The position numbers and the translations under genes were made by a program. This document shows positions 51,822 to 64,000 of a stretch of 64,000 nt of DNA, piece after piece; the first letter of the stretch is position 1; each line of letters begins with the position of its first letter. The notes beneath the pieces were generated by a model. It searched no databases, had not been told where the DNA came from, and was given only the letters and a program-made list of their open reading frames with translations. The stretch is taken from positions 53,630,001-53,694,000 of the forward strand of contig OZ024743.1 in assembly GCA_964016885.1 (NCBI GenBank), in the 5' to 3' direction. This DNA comes from Eledone cirrhosa. Taxonomy: Eukaryota.

Positions 51822-52433
51822 CTAGATGCTTTCCATTGTGTTTTTCTCTAATTCCTGACTGTTCTCTAGTGGGGGTGTTTTAACTACGATGTTTATATCA
51901 TCAACGTAGCGGGAGTGCATTATCAGGGTTAAGGGGTCTTCTAATTGTTCTTTAAGTTTAAGTTTACGTCTACTGTCCCACCATACCATGAATAAGTTAG
52001 CTATGTCGCCTGCAATGCTAACACCAATGGCTGCTCCCTCCTCTTGGGCATATGTTTTTCCATTAAATTTGAACATATGTTCCTTAAGGGTTAATTTTAT
52101 GCTGGCTCCCACCGCATGTGCAATCATTTTCTTTAGTTCATCGTGGTTTTCGGGGGTCCGTATGGCTCTGGTCCACCCGTTCCATCTATCTGTGTGGGTT
52201 TTCTTGGCCATTGAGGTAATGGTAGGTGGTCTGCCGCTTGCTGGTCTTGTAGGGCACAGGTTGCTAAGGTCATATGCGTCTAGATAATTATTACTATAGG
52301 TAAGTTTAAGTAGGAGTCCCAGCTCACTGGTATCAATCCCACGGAACTCAACATTGCTCTCACTGATCATTTCTACGCATTTCTCCACAGCAAAATCCAC
52401 GTCAATAGATGGATACAGGGACACAACATCCAT
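51822..52433 (-). CDS. PLE reverse transcriptase core (fragment)
   Basis: SMDVVSLYPSI, FKFNGKTYAQEEGAAIG, ANLFM, RYVDD. Confidence 0.8.
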   Translation of the reverse strand: MDVVSLYPSIDVDFAVEKCVEMISESNVEFRGIDTSELGLLLKLTYSNNYLDAYDLSNLCPTRPASGRPPTITSMAKKTHTDRWNGWTRAIRTPENHDELKKMIAHAVGASIKLTLKEHMFKFNGKTYAQEEGAAIGVSIAGDIANLFMVWWDSRRKLKLKEQLEDPLTLIMHSRYVDDINIVVKTPPLENSQELEKNTMESI

Positions 52434-54122
52434 ACTACCTATTATGCAGTTTGTTAGGTCCCTAGATCGGTTACTCTCGCCGATTCTGCTGAGGAGGTCC
52501 TCCGTGCTGTCACATACATCTGGGACATTTCAATGATGGGGCGTATGATCAAGGAGAGGAAGTAGGACAGTCTGTAGTTACTAGCAATGTTAGCTCCAAA
52601 GACTGGCCGTGTTGGTGGTCCCGTGACAGGGTCACTGCCCGTTTTATGGTCTTTTCGAAGCCCATACAACGCTGGCACGTCATTGTTCCAGGCCTGGAAG
52701 TTGTTGGCAGTCTTTTTGTTGGGCTGCATTATATTTGTCCACATCACCATATGGGCATTGAGGGCTTTTTCTCTATCCTCATGCTCTTGTGGTGTTACTT
52801 CTCTTGTGTTAGTGATGTGGGGTTGCATTGCCTGGATGTAGTTTGGCAGATTGTCAACCGACATTATGCCAGACTTGTCTGTTGGAAAGCATGCTATCCC
52901 TCCATTACGCGAGCGCTGCATGAGCTTACGCAAGCCATTTGCAGATTTTTCTCCCAGTTGCTGGGCCTCCATTCTATTATGCTTCTTGCTATACTGTTCT
53001 ATAATATTTCTAAGTTTAGATCTAGCTATACTAAATTGTGCTTCTGTTTGTTCTTCGACCTGCGACGGCAATTGCGTGCGTTTGTTAAAAGCTAAAGTCG
53101 TGGCGTGGACTTGTCGCAGGTCGAACGATTTATCGGAGGGATTATAAAAAGTAGACTTCCAGGCTGCTGCTTTATGTGTACTAGTGCTATTGTTCTTGTT
53201 AGTTGTGTTGTTTCTATTTCTATTCCCACCAAAAGCCTCATGATTGTTTCTATGTCTCTCATTATTACTCCCGTCTCTTTCCTCTGGCTCATTGTTATTA
53301 TCTATTCTATTTTGTGTGTCTGTGTGTTTGTTAAGATTGTGGTGGTGGTGAGAGGCATTGGATGTGTGTGTGTGTGTTGTTGTTGTTGATGTGTGTGTTG
53401 TTGATGTGTGTTGTTGTTGTTGTCTCCGTGTATGTTATTATTGTTGTGTGTGTTGTTATTGTTGTTTGTGTCTGCGTGTCTGTTGTTGTTGTTTCTGAGT
53501 ATGTTATTATTGTTGATGTGTGTGTTGTTATTGTTGTTTGTGTCTGTGTGTCTGTTGTTGTTGGGATGTGTGTTGTATATGTGTGTGTGTGTGTGCGTAT
53601 GTTGTTACTTTTGTTTTTGTTTTTGTTTTTGTTTTTGTTTTTGTTTTTGAGGCTCCAACGTAATTTTGTAAATGATTTTTCTATTTCTGACAAACATCTA
53701 ATCATATTTACCTTATTGAATGTGGCATACTTAGGCGGCAGTTGTAATACAGATAATTCATCAGAGTCGACCGTAGTGTTGCCGTATATATTTGTGTTGT
53801 TGTTGCTGAATTCATCTGTTAATGAGATGTCGGCCATATTTAGAAGGGCCCTAGATAAACATAAACTCAATATTAAGATAGTAGAAAGACCAGGTACCTC
53901 CATAAAAACATTTATTAGCAAGACATACCCTTTTCAAAGACCCCCCTGTATAGATAAGAAATGTATAACCTGTAAATTAAGCCCCCATATTAACTGTAAA
54001 ACTAGAAATGTAGTATATAGCATAAGATGTACTGAAGGACAATGTAGAGATAAAAATATAGTGTACATAGGAGAGAATTTACTGCTCTTTCTAGCACACA
54101 AGTACTCTTGGCTATAACATAT

Positions 54123-55056
54123 TCTATAATAAAAGCCGTGTCTGTCTGGTCGTCCGTCCGTCGTACTATCTATATAGAAAGAAGGAAAATACTACTCCAC
54201 CTCTCATATTATAGATATTTTGAATGATATACAGAAATACACACACAAGCACACACACAAACAGAAATACACACAAACAGGCATACAAAAATATACACAG
54301 AAACACACACAAGCACACACACACAAAAATACCATACAACAAAGTTTTGACGAGGATGAAGCTGTTCATTATCCCATCGAATTTTTCAACAGTCTGAAAC
54401 CATCGGGTATACTGCTACACAACCTTTAATTGAAGAAGGGCACAGTCATCATGCTCCTCAGAAACCTGGATCAGCCATGATTGTGCAATGGGACATGTAT
54501 TGTTGTGATTGAACTACAGCCTCACATTATCGAAGCCAAAATCCTCACTGGATGTGGTAACGGAGACATTGTATTTATACTTAGTATACCACTAATATCA
54601 ACAGATGTCCCCTTTTATTTCAAACAATTGTAATTCCCAGTGAAAGTCAGTTACGCAATGTCCATTAATAAGTCTCAAGGTCAAACACTACAGGTTGTCG
54701 GTCTCCATCTAGAAGAGGTCTGTTTCTCACATGGTCACTTGTACGTAGATTATTCTAGAGTAGGAAGCCCGAACAAACTCTTCATATATGCTCCAAAGAA
54801 AAAAAGCTAAAAACATTGTATATACTGAAGTTCTGTATATGTTTTATAATTTTCGTAGACTAAGTTTGTCTATTATTTTCTTTATTACTTTCTGTATTTA
54901 GATATTCTAAAATAATATTCTAAAATTATGTTATGCAATATTCAAATACCTTTTAACATCTTTTATTTTAAGGAAAATGGACATTACGATAGATGCTAAT
55001 AGGTGCCTTATAAATAGATTTGAGCACAGACCATGGCGAAGGCCGGGAGGTCGCTA

Positions 55057-55057
<1 letters not shown>
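54123..55057 (+). mobile_element. Non-autonomous Helitron carrying a decayed Pif1-like helicase C-terminus
   Basis: 5' TCTATAATAAAAG..tgtctgtctg; YPIEFFNSL.PSG, IMLLRNL...LCNGT, FPVKVSYAMSINKSQGQTL..VGL.L...FSHG.LYV..SRV; 3' gcgaaggccgggaggtcgCTAG|T. Confidence 0.88.
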
Positions 55058-55119
<62 letters not shown>

Positions 55120-55120
<1 letters not shown>

Positions 55121-55590
55121 TATTATTCTTGCGAGGATAATTGAGGAAGAGTCCTTCAGCATGCCTTCCAGCGGGTCCTCTCACATGTTAGTGTCTCCAA
55201 TTGAGCCGACTGGATCCCCAAGCAAGACCAACCGAGCTCATGAATGATATCCAACCACCTTGCTCGGGGTTTACCCCAGGGTCTCGTGTTGGTTGGTTTG
55301 GCCGGTAAAATCTGTCCTGCGATTCTTTTCTTAGACATTCTGATTACATGTCCGTAGTATCGGAGTAGTGATCTCTTAATTTGGATAAGTAGCGGGTCTA
55401 CTTGGAACAAACCACTTATTTCCGAGCTACTGAGACTATCGAGTAACTTTACTCCAAAGACTCTTCGGAGAAACCCCATTTCGGCGCTTGGGAGCGTGAT
55501 CGTATTCTTTCGGTCATTACTCGAAATTCACTAGCATAGGGAAAGTTTGACACCAATAACGAACTGAAGATAGCGAGTTTGGCTTTCTTC
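55120..55590 (-). mobile_element. 3' fragment of the Expander-like RTE
   Basis: EMGFLRRVFG..LLD...LRYYGHVIRM...RPWGKPRARWLD.I.ELGWS.LGI. Confidence 0.82.
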
Positions 55591-56095
55591 CCTTTTCGGC
55601 AGAGCTTTTCTGCAAGAGAACGGGTCGCAGGTGGCGGATAGCGATACAGTCACCAAATATAATGACTAGTTGCTATATAAGCGGGCTTTTGCCGGACAAT
55701 TAAGCAACTTTAAACCAACAAGGGTAAACTACAAGGGGAGTTGGAGCAGTGGGCGACGTTGTTAGCTCCCAAGAAAACTTTCACAATACATTGATGTAGC
55801 TACGCTGAAGCTTATTATTTCAACCCCATCGCTTATTAAATGTTGCTAATCTATCTTTGGCGGAATTTTATTTTAAGTGGTAGCATTCCTTGCGACAGTT
55901 AATTTTCTTTATACATTAAAAAGTATCATACATGACATAAAAGTGCATTACTAGAAATCCCATACATTATAAAATAAATAGGATGGGTTGGGGTCTCAAT
56001 ATGTAAACTAAACGACTAATACTAGTTTTTTAAAAACAATTCAACGGGGCCATCCTTATTCCACTCCCTGCTTATTACTCTCCCCCTATTATTTG

Positions 56096-56228
56096 TATTG
56101 GTAGAGGGTCGGACGTCATGCTTTGTAGCATAAAGTTACGGCTCTTTATGATCGAGTTCAAATCCCGCCGAGGTTAAAGTTGCCTTTCATCCTTACGAGG
56201 TCGCTAAAATAGTACCAGCAATACACTG
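56096..56228 (+). mobile_element. SINE family A (partial)
   Basis: ggtagagggtcggac...gagttcaaatcccgccgagg...gcctttcatccttacg. Confidence 0.75.
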
Positions 56229-56394
56229 AATATTTAGTTTTTGTATTTGTTTTGCAAGATTTTCTATCTGAAAACGTGTGTTGAAACAGATATTTTTTTT
56301 ATACTTTGGGAAATAATAATAAATTGAAGTGAAACCCAACAGAAGCATGTGCTTTTTTATTGGGAGCAGGACCCTCCGAAAGGACACACAGACA

Positions 56395-56456
<62 letters not shown>

Positions 56457-56706
56457 AATAAAGATTCAGCGAGAATCGCATTTCGGCGGGTAGGAAAGGC
56501 GAAGCGAAACGCAAAAATCAGAAATGATACTGGCAAAGTGCTCAATAGTTAAAAACCAGAGCTAAACAATGTGTTAAGAAGCCATACATAACTGAAAAGG
56601 TGGTCAAGAAGGCATTAACCACCCAAGCCCAAAACCAAATCAAGCTAAACAGGTCAAAACAGAATAAATGATAAAAAATAAATGATAACCATATATATAT
56701 ATATAT

Positions 56707-57560
56707 CTAAGGCGGGTAAAATTCCCGAGATTCATGGACGAGTTCTCTCCAGCGGTCTCTGTCCCTCATTATCACTGCCATGTCCTGCGTCTCCAACAGA
56801 CCAGTGTCTGTCCTTAGGGCATCAACATACGTTAACCTTGATCTTCTTCTACTAGTGTGTCCATGTAGGGGCTCCCAAAGGAGCACTGAGTGCAATGTCA
56901 ACTCTGGATGTCGGTGAGCATGTCCAGCTAACCTCAGTCTCCTCTGTGTCACTTTTGAGCTGACTTTTGGGATGCTCCCTTACAGCTCTGAGTTTTTCAT
57001 CCTCAGTGTATACTGATTAATATTCAGAGCCATCCTCAACATTCTCGTGTAGCACCCATCCACCATCTGAGTGAGTTTCTTGGTCAGTGTCCAAGTCTCA
57101 GACCCATACAGCAGCACAGACTCCACTACAGCAATGAAGAGGCGGATTTTCAGGTCTCTACGAAGGTCCGACTTCCACACCGATCTCAAGCTGTGGCACG
57201 CCGCCTAGGCCTTGCTCTTCCTCTCAACCACATCATCTTCCGTATTCCCAATCTTTGCTCCCAAATACAAGAAGCCCTCAACCAATTCTAGCGGCTTCCC
57301 GCCTACATTGGTGATCCCCTCTGGCTTCTCAACATTCTCTACCAGATATTTTGTTTTAGTCTCATTCATTCTCAGCCCCACACTTATCGACACAGTCTCA
57401 ACCTCCCGCATCAAATCCTCTGCCTCCTTCACTGTATTTGTCACCAAAATTATGTCGTCGGCAAATTCAGCATCCGATACCTTTTTCGCCCTAACTCTCC
57501 TGCTCTGAGCCGGTGCTACAGTAAAACCAGAGTCCTGGTGTTTCTCCAGTGCAAGGCGCA
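56707..57560 (-). mobile_element. 5'-truncated RTE(-X)-clade LINE (RT end + C-terminus), frameshifted
   Basis: AEFADDIIL, VGLRMNETKTKY, FLYLG, VLLYGSETWTL, RRLRLAGH; (TA)n on both sides. Confidence 0.9.
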
Positions 57561-57583
57561 TACATATATATATATATATATAT

Positions 57584-58126
57584 GGTGGCTGCCAACTCGT
57601 TTTCGAGTACGGCCACTACTTTATATCCATGTGGGAGAAGAACCCCTACCGATGCGCTGATTGTGTGACTTTTTAGTCCAGCCAGCGGCTTGAAAACACT
57701 GGTACAAACACTACACTTGTGACAATTATTGACACATAGTGTTGGGCCCATGGTACCATGTGATGACAAGTGCAGAGAGATCTCCAGATATAAAGCAATG
57801 GCTGTGCCGTGAAGATTTTATAGTGAGCAAATGCACTGCACAAAGCCAGTCCCACTCTCTTAACCAAGATGATATTTACCAAAAAGAAGAACAAGTCAAC
57901 ATCATTGGATACCATCAGAGTTGCAGGTGTTATATCAGAGTTTTCCTTCTCCTAGAATTCTGCCTTGAGAAAGGCTAAAGGGTCATCTCTCCCAGTGATT
58001 TTGGATGGCCATTGACTCTTAAGAGCTCCTTTGTCCTTTGACAGGTTTTGTTTTTAGTCCTGCAGGATGTCCAAAGTCACCCTCCTCACCAAGAAACCTT
58101 GGTGGGGTTGCCAGTTTAGTCGCCAA
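57584..58126 (-). mobile_element. Non-autonomous RTE-derived element, copy 3
   Basis: Reverse complement of 336-875; (TA)n on both sides. Confidence 0.75.
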
Positions 58127-58236
58127 TATATATATATATATATATACTCACATACGTAGATGCATATAAGCATTGAAGTTTATTTTAAGTTGACACTCCC
58201 TAAACCCCAAAATTTAGAATCAAACGATATTATATT

Positions 58237-58391
58237 CGCCATGCTTTGCAGCATAGAGTTACGCCCCTTTACAGTCTGAGTTCAATTCCTGCTGAGGTCA
58301 ACTTTGCCTTTCATCCTTACGTGATCGATAAAATAAAGTACCAGTAATGTACTGGGTATTTGCTGGCCTTGTACCAAAAGTAGAAACAATT
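58237..58391 (+). mobile_element. SINE family A (5'-truncated)
   Basis: gagttcaattcc, Deu/Nin-like core, tail ggccttgtaccaaaagtagaaacaatt. Confidence 0.78.
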
Positions 58392-58882
58392 ATATTCATA
58401 TTTAAAGTAAAAAGAATACGCGATGTATCTTTTGATTTGTTGGAGATGTGGCTGCTATTTCTAGCAGTTCGAACTATCGAACACAATCCCCCTTATTGGT
58501 TCGTGTCTCCTTCCTTTTTTGAAACGGATGAGAGAGTGTGATCTGAAGGAGATGTGACTATTATTTCTAGTAGATCAAGTTATATTATAGAAGTATCCTT
58601 TGCTTGAAAGGGTCCCTCGCCAGGTCGTTAATTATTCGATCGCCGACATTACTGTCAGCAGTCTAGGTCCTGACTGTGACCTTACTTTAACAACCGCTGT
58701 CAACTGCTTGACCTTCGTTCGTTGACTTCAACTTGATGTTTACAACCCACCCTTTGTCATAACGACATTTATTTCCTTTCATTTCATTGTTGTTCATGCT
58801 GTTTTCTTGTCACAGTTCCGCCACCTTTGATGTTTTATTTATGTTGAGGGTCCTTTGTACCCGAAATATCGAATAAAAAGAC

Positions 58883-59008
<126 letters not shown>

Positions 59009-59076
59009 ACAGATATACCTTATTTTATTTCAGTACGTCGCTTCACCGCCCACAAAATCTACTGGATTGATTTATG

Positions 59077-59150
<74 letters not shown>

Positions 59151-60038
59151 TCTATCTATCTATCTATCTATTATTATTGGGCTGATGTTACCAGAATCAC
59201 TAGAGCGAGAGCGCGATATGTTTGGCCACATTAAGTTCGGCTTTCCTTTTCATCATTCTGCGCTCAATAAAATACGTACCAGCCAACTACTTAGGTTGAC
59301 TTAATCGACATCCCATAAACTGTGTCGCCATCTATCTATGTTAGAAATATATCAGGATAGAACCAGTTTTAAACCAGTTAGACCATTACTCAACAGAGTG
59401 CTCGATAGTGGGATAGTATGGCTATATTATAAAGAGTCGGGACAAGACCACTGAGCTCTGGCAGTTTCAACAGCTAGTTCCAGAGTCTATTGAAACGGCA
59501 AGAGCTCAGCCGTCGTGCCACGACTCTTTATAATATATTAGAAATAATAATTTAAATAAAAAAAATTATAAAATGCTAGAAAATTTCAAGAAAAATGCCC
59601 CTTTCAGTTATAACAGATCGTGAAATTTCACCAGGAAAGTTACTCTCCTAGTCACAAGACTGCGCAATGTGTTTTGTGGAAGTCTGTCAGTCATTCATTC
59701 ATGCCAGTTTAAATTTCCTATTCCCACATCTCAGATGTTGTCCAAGTGAAATGACACCTTGGTCTAGCTCGCCGGTCTCCACCTGCCTCTCAAACTACTG
59801 CCATACGACACGAAGAAATGAAAGGCAATGTGTCGTCAAATTATTTTGTGGCAATCCGCAAATCTATCCGTAGGGAAAATGTGAATATATAACTGATGCA
59901 CCAGGGCCCTCCATTGTGGAGACTATTGTCTAGAAACCCACTTACACCAGCGACATATCCACGATCCTTAACTGCGGAAATGTGCATGAGATCGTACGTG
60001 ATTTTCACGAATTACCCATAACACATGTGGTGGTCCCT

Positions 60039-60114
<76 letters not shown>

Positions 60115-60882
60115 TTAGTTATACTATTTATGGTTATGTAAACACAAAACCTTATGCAGTTATAAGTATTTTACACACACCCTAAATAGTGGTAGGCAGT
60201 AATGTATTGGATTAATCCACCATAATAATATGATCACCTTCAGCATAACTTAATTAAACTACTCTATAGTTAATACACTTTGTGCTTTAAAAATTTCTCT
60301 TGGAGGATGCGCATCACCATAGAAATTAGGGTCTATATTGGGACACATTTTAATAGCTAGGTATAGAAACCCCAGAGTTACCTCCCCGCATGCATTAACT
60401 CCCCTTAGCCACACACACACTTCCGGGCGGTATTCAATGGCGTTTCTCGAAACGTAACAGCCTCCTGTATTGAACTAAAGAACACCAGACTACGATCTCT
60501 AACTGGATTGTCGTGGATTATGTGAAGGGCATATAATCGAAAAATACACTCCCCTGACCATGAAAATGCCGAAGTACATGAAATACTTGACTTCCCTGCG
60601 CTGTGCCTCTCCAATACTTTTAACACTTTTAATGCTTGCACTATTTTTAATGCTTATAATATTTCTCCACACACAGACTATATCAATCATATAAAGAATT
60701 TGCCACCAGATCTACCAACCTAACACTCTTGTTTACCTACCTAAGTGCCTCTACCACACATATCTCTCTGCCACACTATATAAAGAAGACGCACATGCGT
60801 GCCACACATATAACATTTCCACTATATAACCGCTTATCTTCATGTTGTATTTTAACCTGTATTTTTGATTTTTGATTGTACC

Positions 60883-61282
60883 TCTTGATATAAATGTAAT
60901 CTCGAAGTGTGTACTGCCACTCTAAATTCTGTAATGAATGTTGACCCACACTGTTTGAATATGTATCAATGTTTGAATATGTATCGGTATGTCTCTCGGC
61001 TGAAAAGGAGGTCATATTACTGTCCATGCATTAATAAATTGCTCCGAAGAATCCAAACCTCGGTTTGGAGGAAACAGCTGTATCTTAATATAAATGTAAT
61101 CTCGAAGTGTGTACTGCCACTCTAAATTCTGTAATGAATGTTGACCCACAATGTTTGAATATGTATCAATGTTTGAATATGTATCGGTATGTCTCTCGGC
61201 TGAAAAGGAGGTCATATAACTGTCCATGCATTAATAAATTGCTCCGAAGAATCCAAACCTCGGTTTGGAGGAAACAGCTGTA
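60883..61282 (+). repeat. Exact-period 200-bp tandem duplication (60883-61082, 61083-61282), each unit ending in an HHR motif
   Basis: tctt(g/a)atataaatgtaat...ggaggaaacagctgta present twice with about 3 differences. Confidence 0.92.
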
Positions 61283-61286
61283 AGCA
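61240..61286 (+). ncRNA. Variant type I hammerhead motif (U4C; A.G at base of stem II)
   Basis: TGCT-CCGAAGA-a TCCAAAC ctcg GTTTGGA g-GAAA-CAGCTG-TA|AGCA. Confidence 0.6.
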
Positions 61287-61317
61287 CAATAATGTTTTGA
61301 ACAGTTCTTTGATTCTT

Positions 61318-61413
<96 letters not shown>

Positions 61414-61516
61414 GAGAGAGAGAGAAATAAAATCCCGACCACGACGCAAAGCGATTTCGGTCTGTGTGTTCAGCAACGACAGATGCTCTGCCGATGGGTC
61501 CCGACTCTTTATAATA

Positions 61517-61652
<136 letters not shown>

Positions 61653-61820
61653 TACTTATATGTTTATATATATATATATATGTTTATATATATATATAAT
61701 ATATATATATCTTTAAAACTGCTGGACTGGCAACCTGACAGATACCTCAGGCACAGAGGATGATGATTATCACTAAATACTGATGTTGGTTAGATTATCA
61801 ATATTAGTATTATTGGGGCA

Positions 61821-61947
61821 CCCACTGATGAATTATAGGAGCCCACTTGAATATATATCTATTGATGATATACAAGCTCCTACATAAATTGGTATAATTT
61901 CACCCAAATTGTAGGAATCCTATAATGAAACGAGACGTCCGCCTGGG
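61821..61947 (+). ncRNA. Type I hammerhead motif with long branched stem II (probably U16.1C-inactivated)
   Basis: CCCA-CTGATGA-ATTATAGGA[77 nt]TCCTATAAT-GAAA-CGAGACGTCCG-cC|TGGG, in a ~410-bp island between (TA)n tracts. Confidence 0.6.
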
Positions 61948-62122
61948 AAGAGATATATTAGATATGTCTCATATGAAATAATACAGCCAATTTTCCACGC
62001 AATACTTTTAGTTAGAACCCCGAACGCATAATTGGGAATATAATCACTTATTTCCTAATGTTTGTTGAGTGAGTTGGAACTTGGCCGGAGTATCGCTAAA
62101 TAGCTTTCTCCGATATTGTATT

Positions 62123-62660
<538 letters not shown>

Positions 62661-62663
62661 ATA

Positions 62664-62728
<65 letters not shown>

Positions 62729-62730
<2 letters not shown>

Positions 62731-64000
62731 TTTTCTTTATTAACCACAAGGGTTTACATAAAGTAGACATTAAGGACAGTACAGGACAATACAGGACAAT
62801 ACAGGACGGTACAAATGGGCATTTCTGCGTGTAAAAAAAACAGAGGATGAAATAAAATAACAAAGAAAAATTCCCCAATAGGGGGGAGACTTCCGAGGGA
62901 CATTTGTGGAGAAAGCCCATTAAAAGACCACAGTGGCCCTGACCACCAGGGCAAGTGCCCTCTCCCAGTTTTCCACCTTTAATTTACAGACACATACTCA
63001 GAGAAGGCCCATTCATTCGGGCCATACTTGCTTCTCTCACCCATCTTTCAACAAAATGCTGGGAAGAGAGCACTTCCTTCTCTACCCTGATTTTCCTTTT
63101 CCGATGAAATTTGAAAAAGTTAATCAGGGCATCACCGAAGAGGTAAGTGCTCGTCTTCAGCCCTTTCAAACGTGTCCACCATACTATCTCTTTCGCCATG
63201 GCCACCAGACAGATAAAAACTGCCTGCCCTTCCCGGCTAAAGGAAGAGGGCGGGGCAATCCTCACGATGGACTCAGCTGATAGCTGGATCCGTCCTACAC
63301 GTGACAGCAGGTGTTCGACATAAACCCACAAGACAGCAATGCTCGGACACTGGACGAGTGCGTGCAGGACGGTTTCGTCGCCCTGTGCGCATCTCGGACA
63401 TGCCCGGCTGACGGCACCTCCATGCCTGTAAAGTTTATCCCGAACTGGCAAAGCACCCCGGTAGCACTGCCAGGCCAGGGATTTCTGGAAGTTGTCCATA
63501 GGCCCCGGCCCGAAAGTCCTTCCGAAGAGATTGGCTAGTTGATTTTCGTCGACGCCTAGAGTTTCTCCAAGTACGTCGTCGCTCTTCCCCTCCACTAATC
63601 CCCTATAGAACGCCAAGGTGGAGTTTCCACCGATTACATTGCCCGATTGGTCGAGGGCTGTGAGCGCCTGAAGACATTCCAGTCTCCAAGCGCTCTCTCT
63701 CGGTCTTCGCTTGACCCAGGACTGCAGCTCCGTCAAGGAGACGAGCTGGGGAAAAACGTGTCTAGCAAACGGCGACCACACCTGATCACCGTCGAGGAAG
63801 AGATGGAGATGTCGTAGCCTGAGCGCGTGTCTGCGCATCATCAGCCACGGCCTGCCCAGCCCTCCACGTAGCGGGTGTTGACAGCAGATGGACCGCCTGA
63901 CCATCGGAGCGCGTCCCTTCCACAAGAAGCGAAAGAGCAAACGCTCCAGCGCAGTCAGGCGGGGCTTAGGACAAGGTACGACGGTCAGGCGGTAGTAGAT
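62729..64000 (-). mobile_element. Tx1/L1-clade LINE 3' part, running off the window end; 3' end abuts (TTA)n
   Basis: Intact C-terminal ORF2, pyrimidine-rich 3'UTR, aataaa signal, then (ATT)n at 62672-62728. Confidence 0.85.
62984..64000 (-). CDS. Tx1/L1 ORF2 C-terminal region with zf-RVT-type CCHC finger (5'-partial)
   Basis: Open from the window end (IYYRLTVVPCP..LERLLFRFLWKG), GGLG.P, LAWQCYRGALPVRDKL, CPRC...ETVLHALVQC. Confidence 0.85.
   Translation of the reverse strand: MYYRLTVVPCPKPRLTALERLLFRFLWKGRAPMVRRSICCQHPLRGGLGRPWLMMRRHALRLRHLHLFLDGDQVWSPFARHVFPQLVSLTELQSWVKRRPRESAWRLECLQALTALDQSGNVIGGNSTLAFYRGLVEGKSDDVLGETLGVDENQLANLFGRTFGPGPMDNFQKSLAWQCYRGALPVRDKLYRHGGAVSRACPRCAQGDETVLHALVQCPSIAVLWVYVEHLLSRVGRIQLSAESIVRIAPPSSFSREGQAVFICLVAMAKEIVWWTRLKGLKTSTYLFGDALINFFKFHRKRKIRVEKEVLSSQHFVERWVREASMARMNGPSLSMCL

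Larger units (their letters stand above)
50325..54076 (-). mobile_element. Near-full-length Penelope-like element (RT + C-terminal GIY-YIG with Cys-rich linker) with 5' inverted segment
   Basis: Minus-strand ORF pieces 53820-53640 (LSVLQLPPKYA..IEK.FTKLRW), 53071-52454 (PTDKSG, LYGLRKDHK), 52433-51822 (DVVSLYPSI, GAAIG, RYVDD), 51668-51387, 51311-50778 (VVYSI..VYIGETAR..ER..EH). 53838-54076 is the reverse complement of 51032-51270. Confidence 0.92.

Noticed and set aside
60883-61282. CRISPR-like or prokaryotic repeat interpretation of this and other repeats
   Set aside because: No repeat-spacer periodicity, no cas genes, and a clearly eukaryotic repeat landscape.

Overview
AT-rich, microsatellite-dense eukaryotic DNA. 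It is most consistent with a cephalopod (octopus-like) genome; this is an inference from repeat style and SINE types. No confident host protein-coding gene is present, and most ORF-track entries are microsatellite translations. The window is a mosaic of mobile elements: two Penelope-like retroelements (PLEs; RT, one with GIY-YIG), RTE/RTE-X, R4/Dong-like, CRE-like and Tx1/L1 LINE fragments, two tRNA-derived SINE families, Helitron, Merlin, mariner and hAT relics, MITEs, and a ~4-kb (TGGTA/TGGTG)n satellite. The main hidden signal, found by hand-folding, is a set of about 10 sequence-diverse type-I hammerhead ribozyme (HHR) motifs. They lie in short non-coding elements that are usually bounded by (TA)n and often folded back on themselves. 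They include a U3-A8 covariant core, a 186-bp palindrome with one HHR on each strand, and a 200-bp tandem duplication whose junction falls exactly on the predicted cleavage site. Other signals are Dong-like LINE ends lying in (TACA)n and recurrent (TA)n-centred inverted duplications. All folds and family assignments were made by eye and need computational confirmation.
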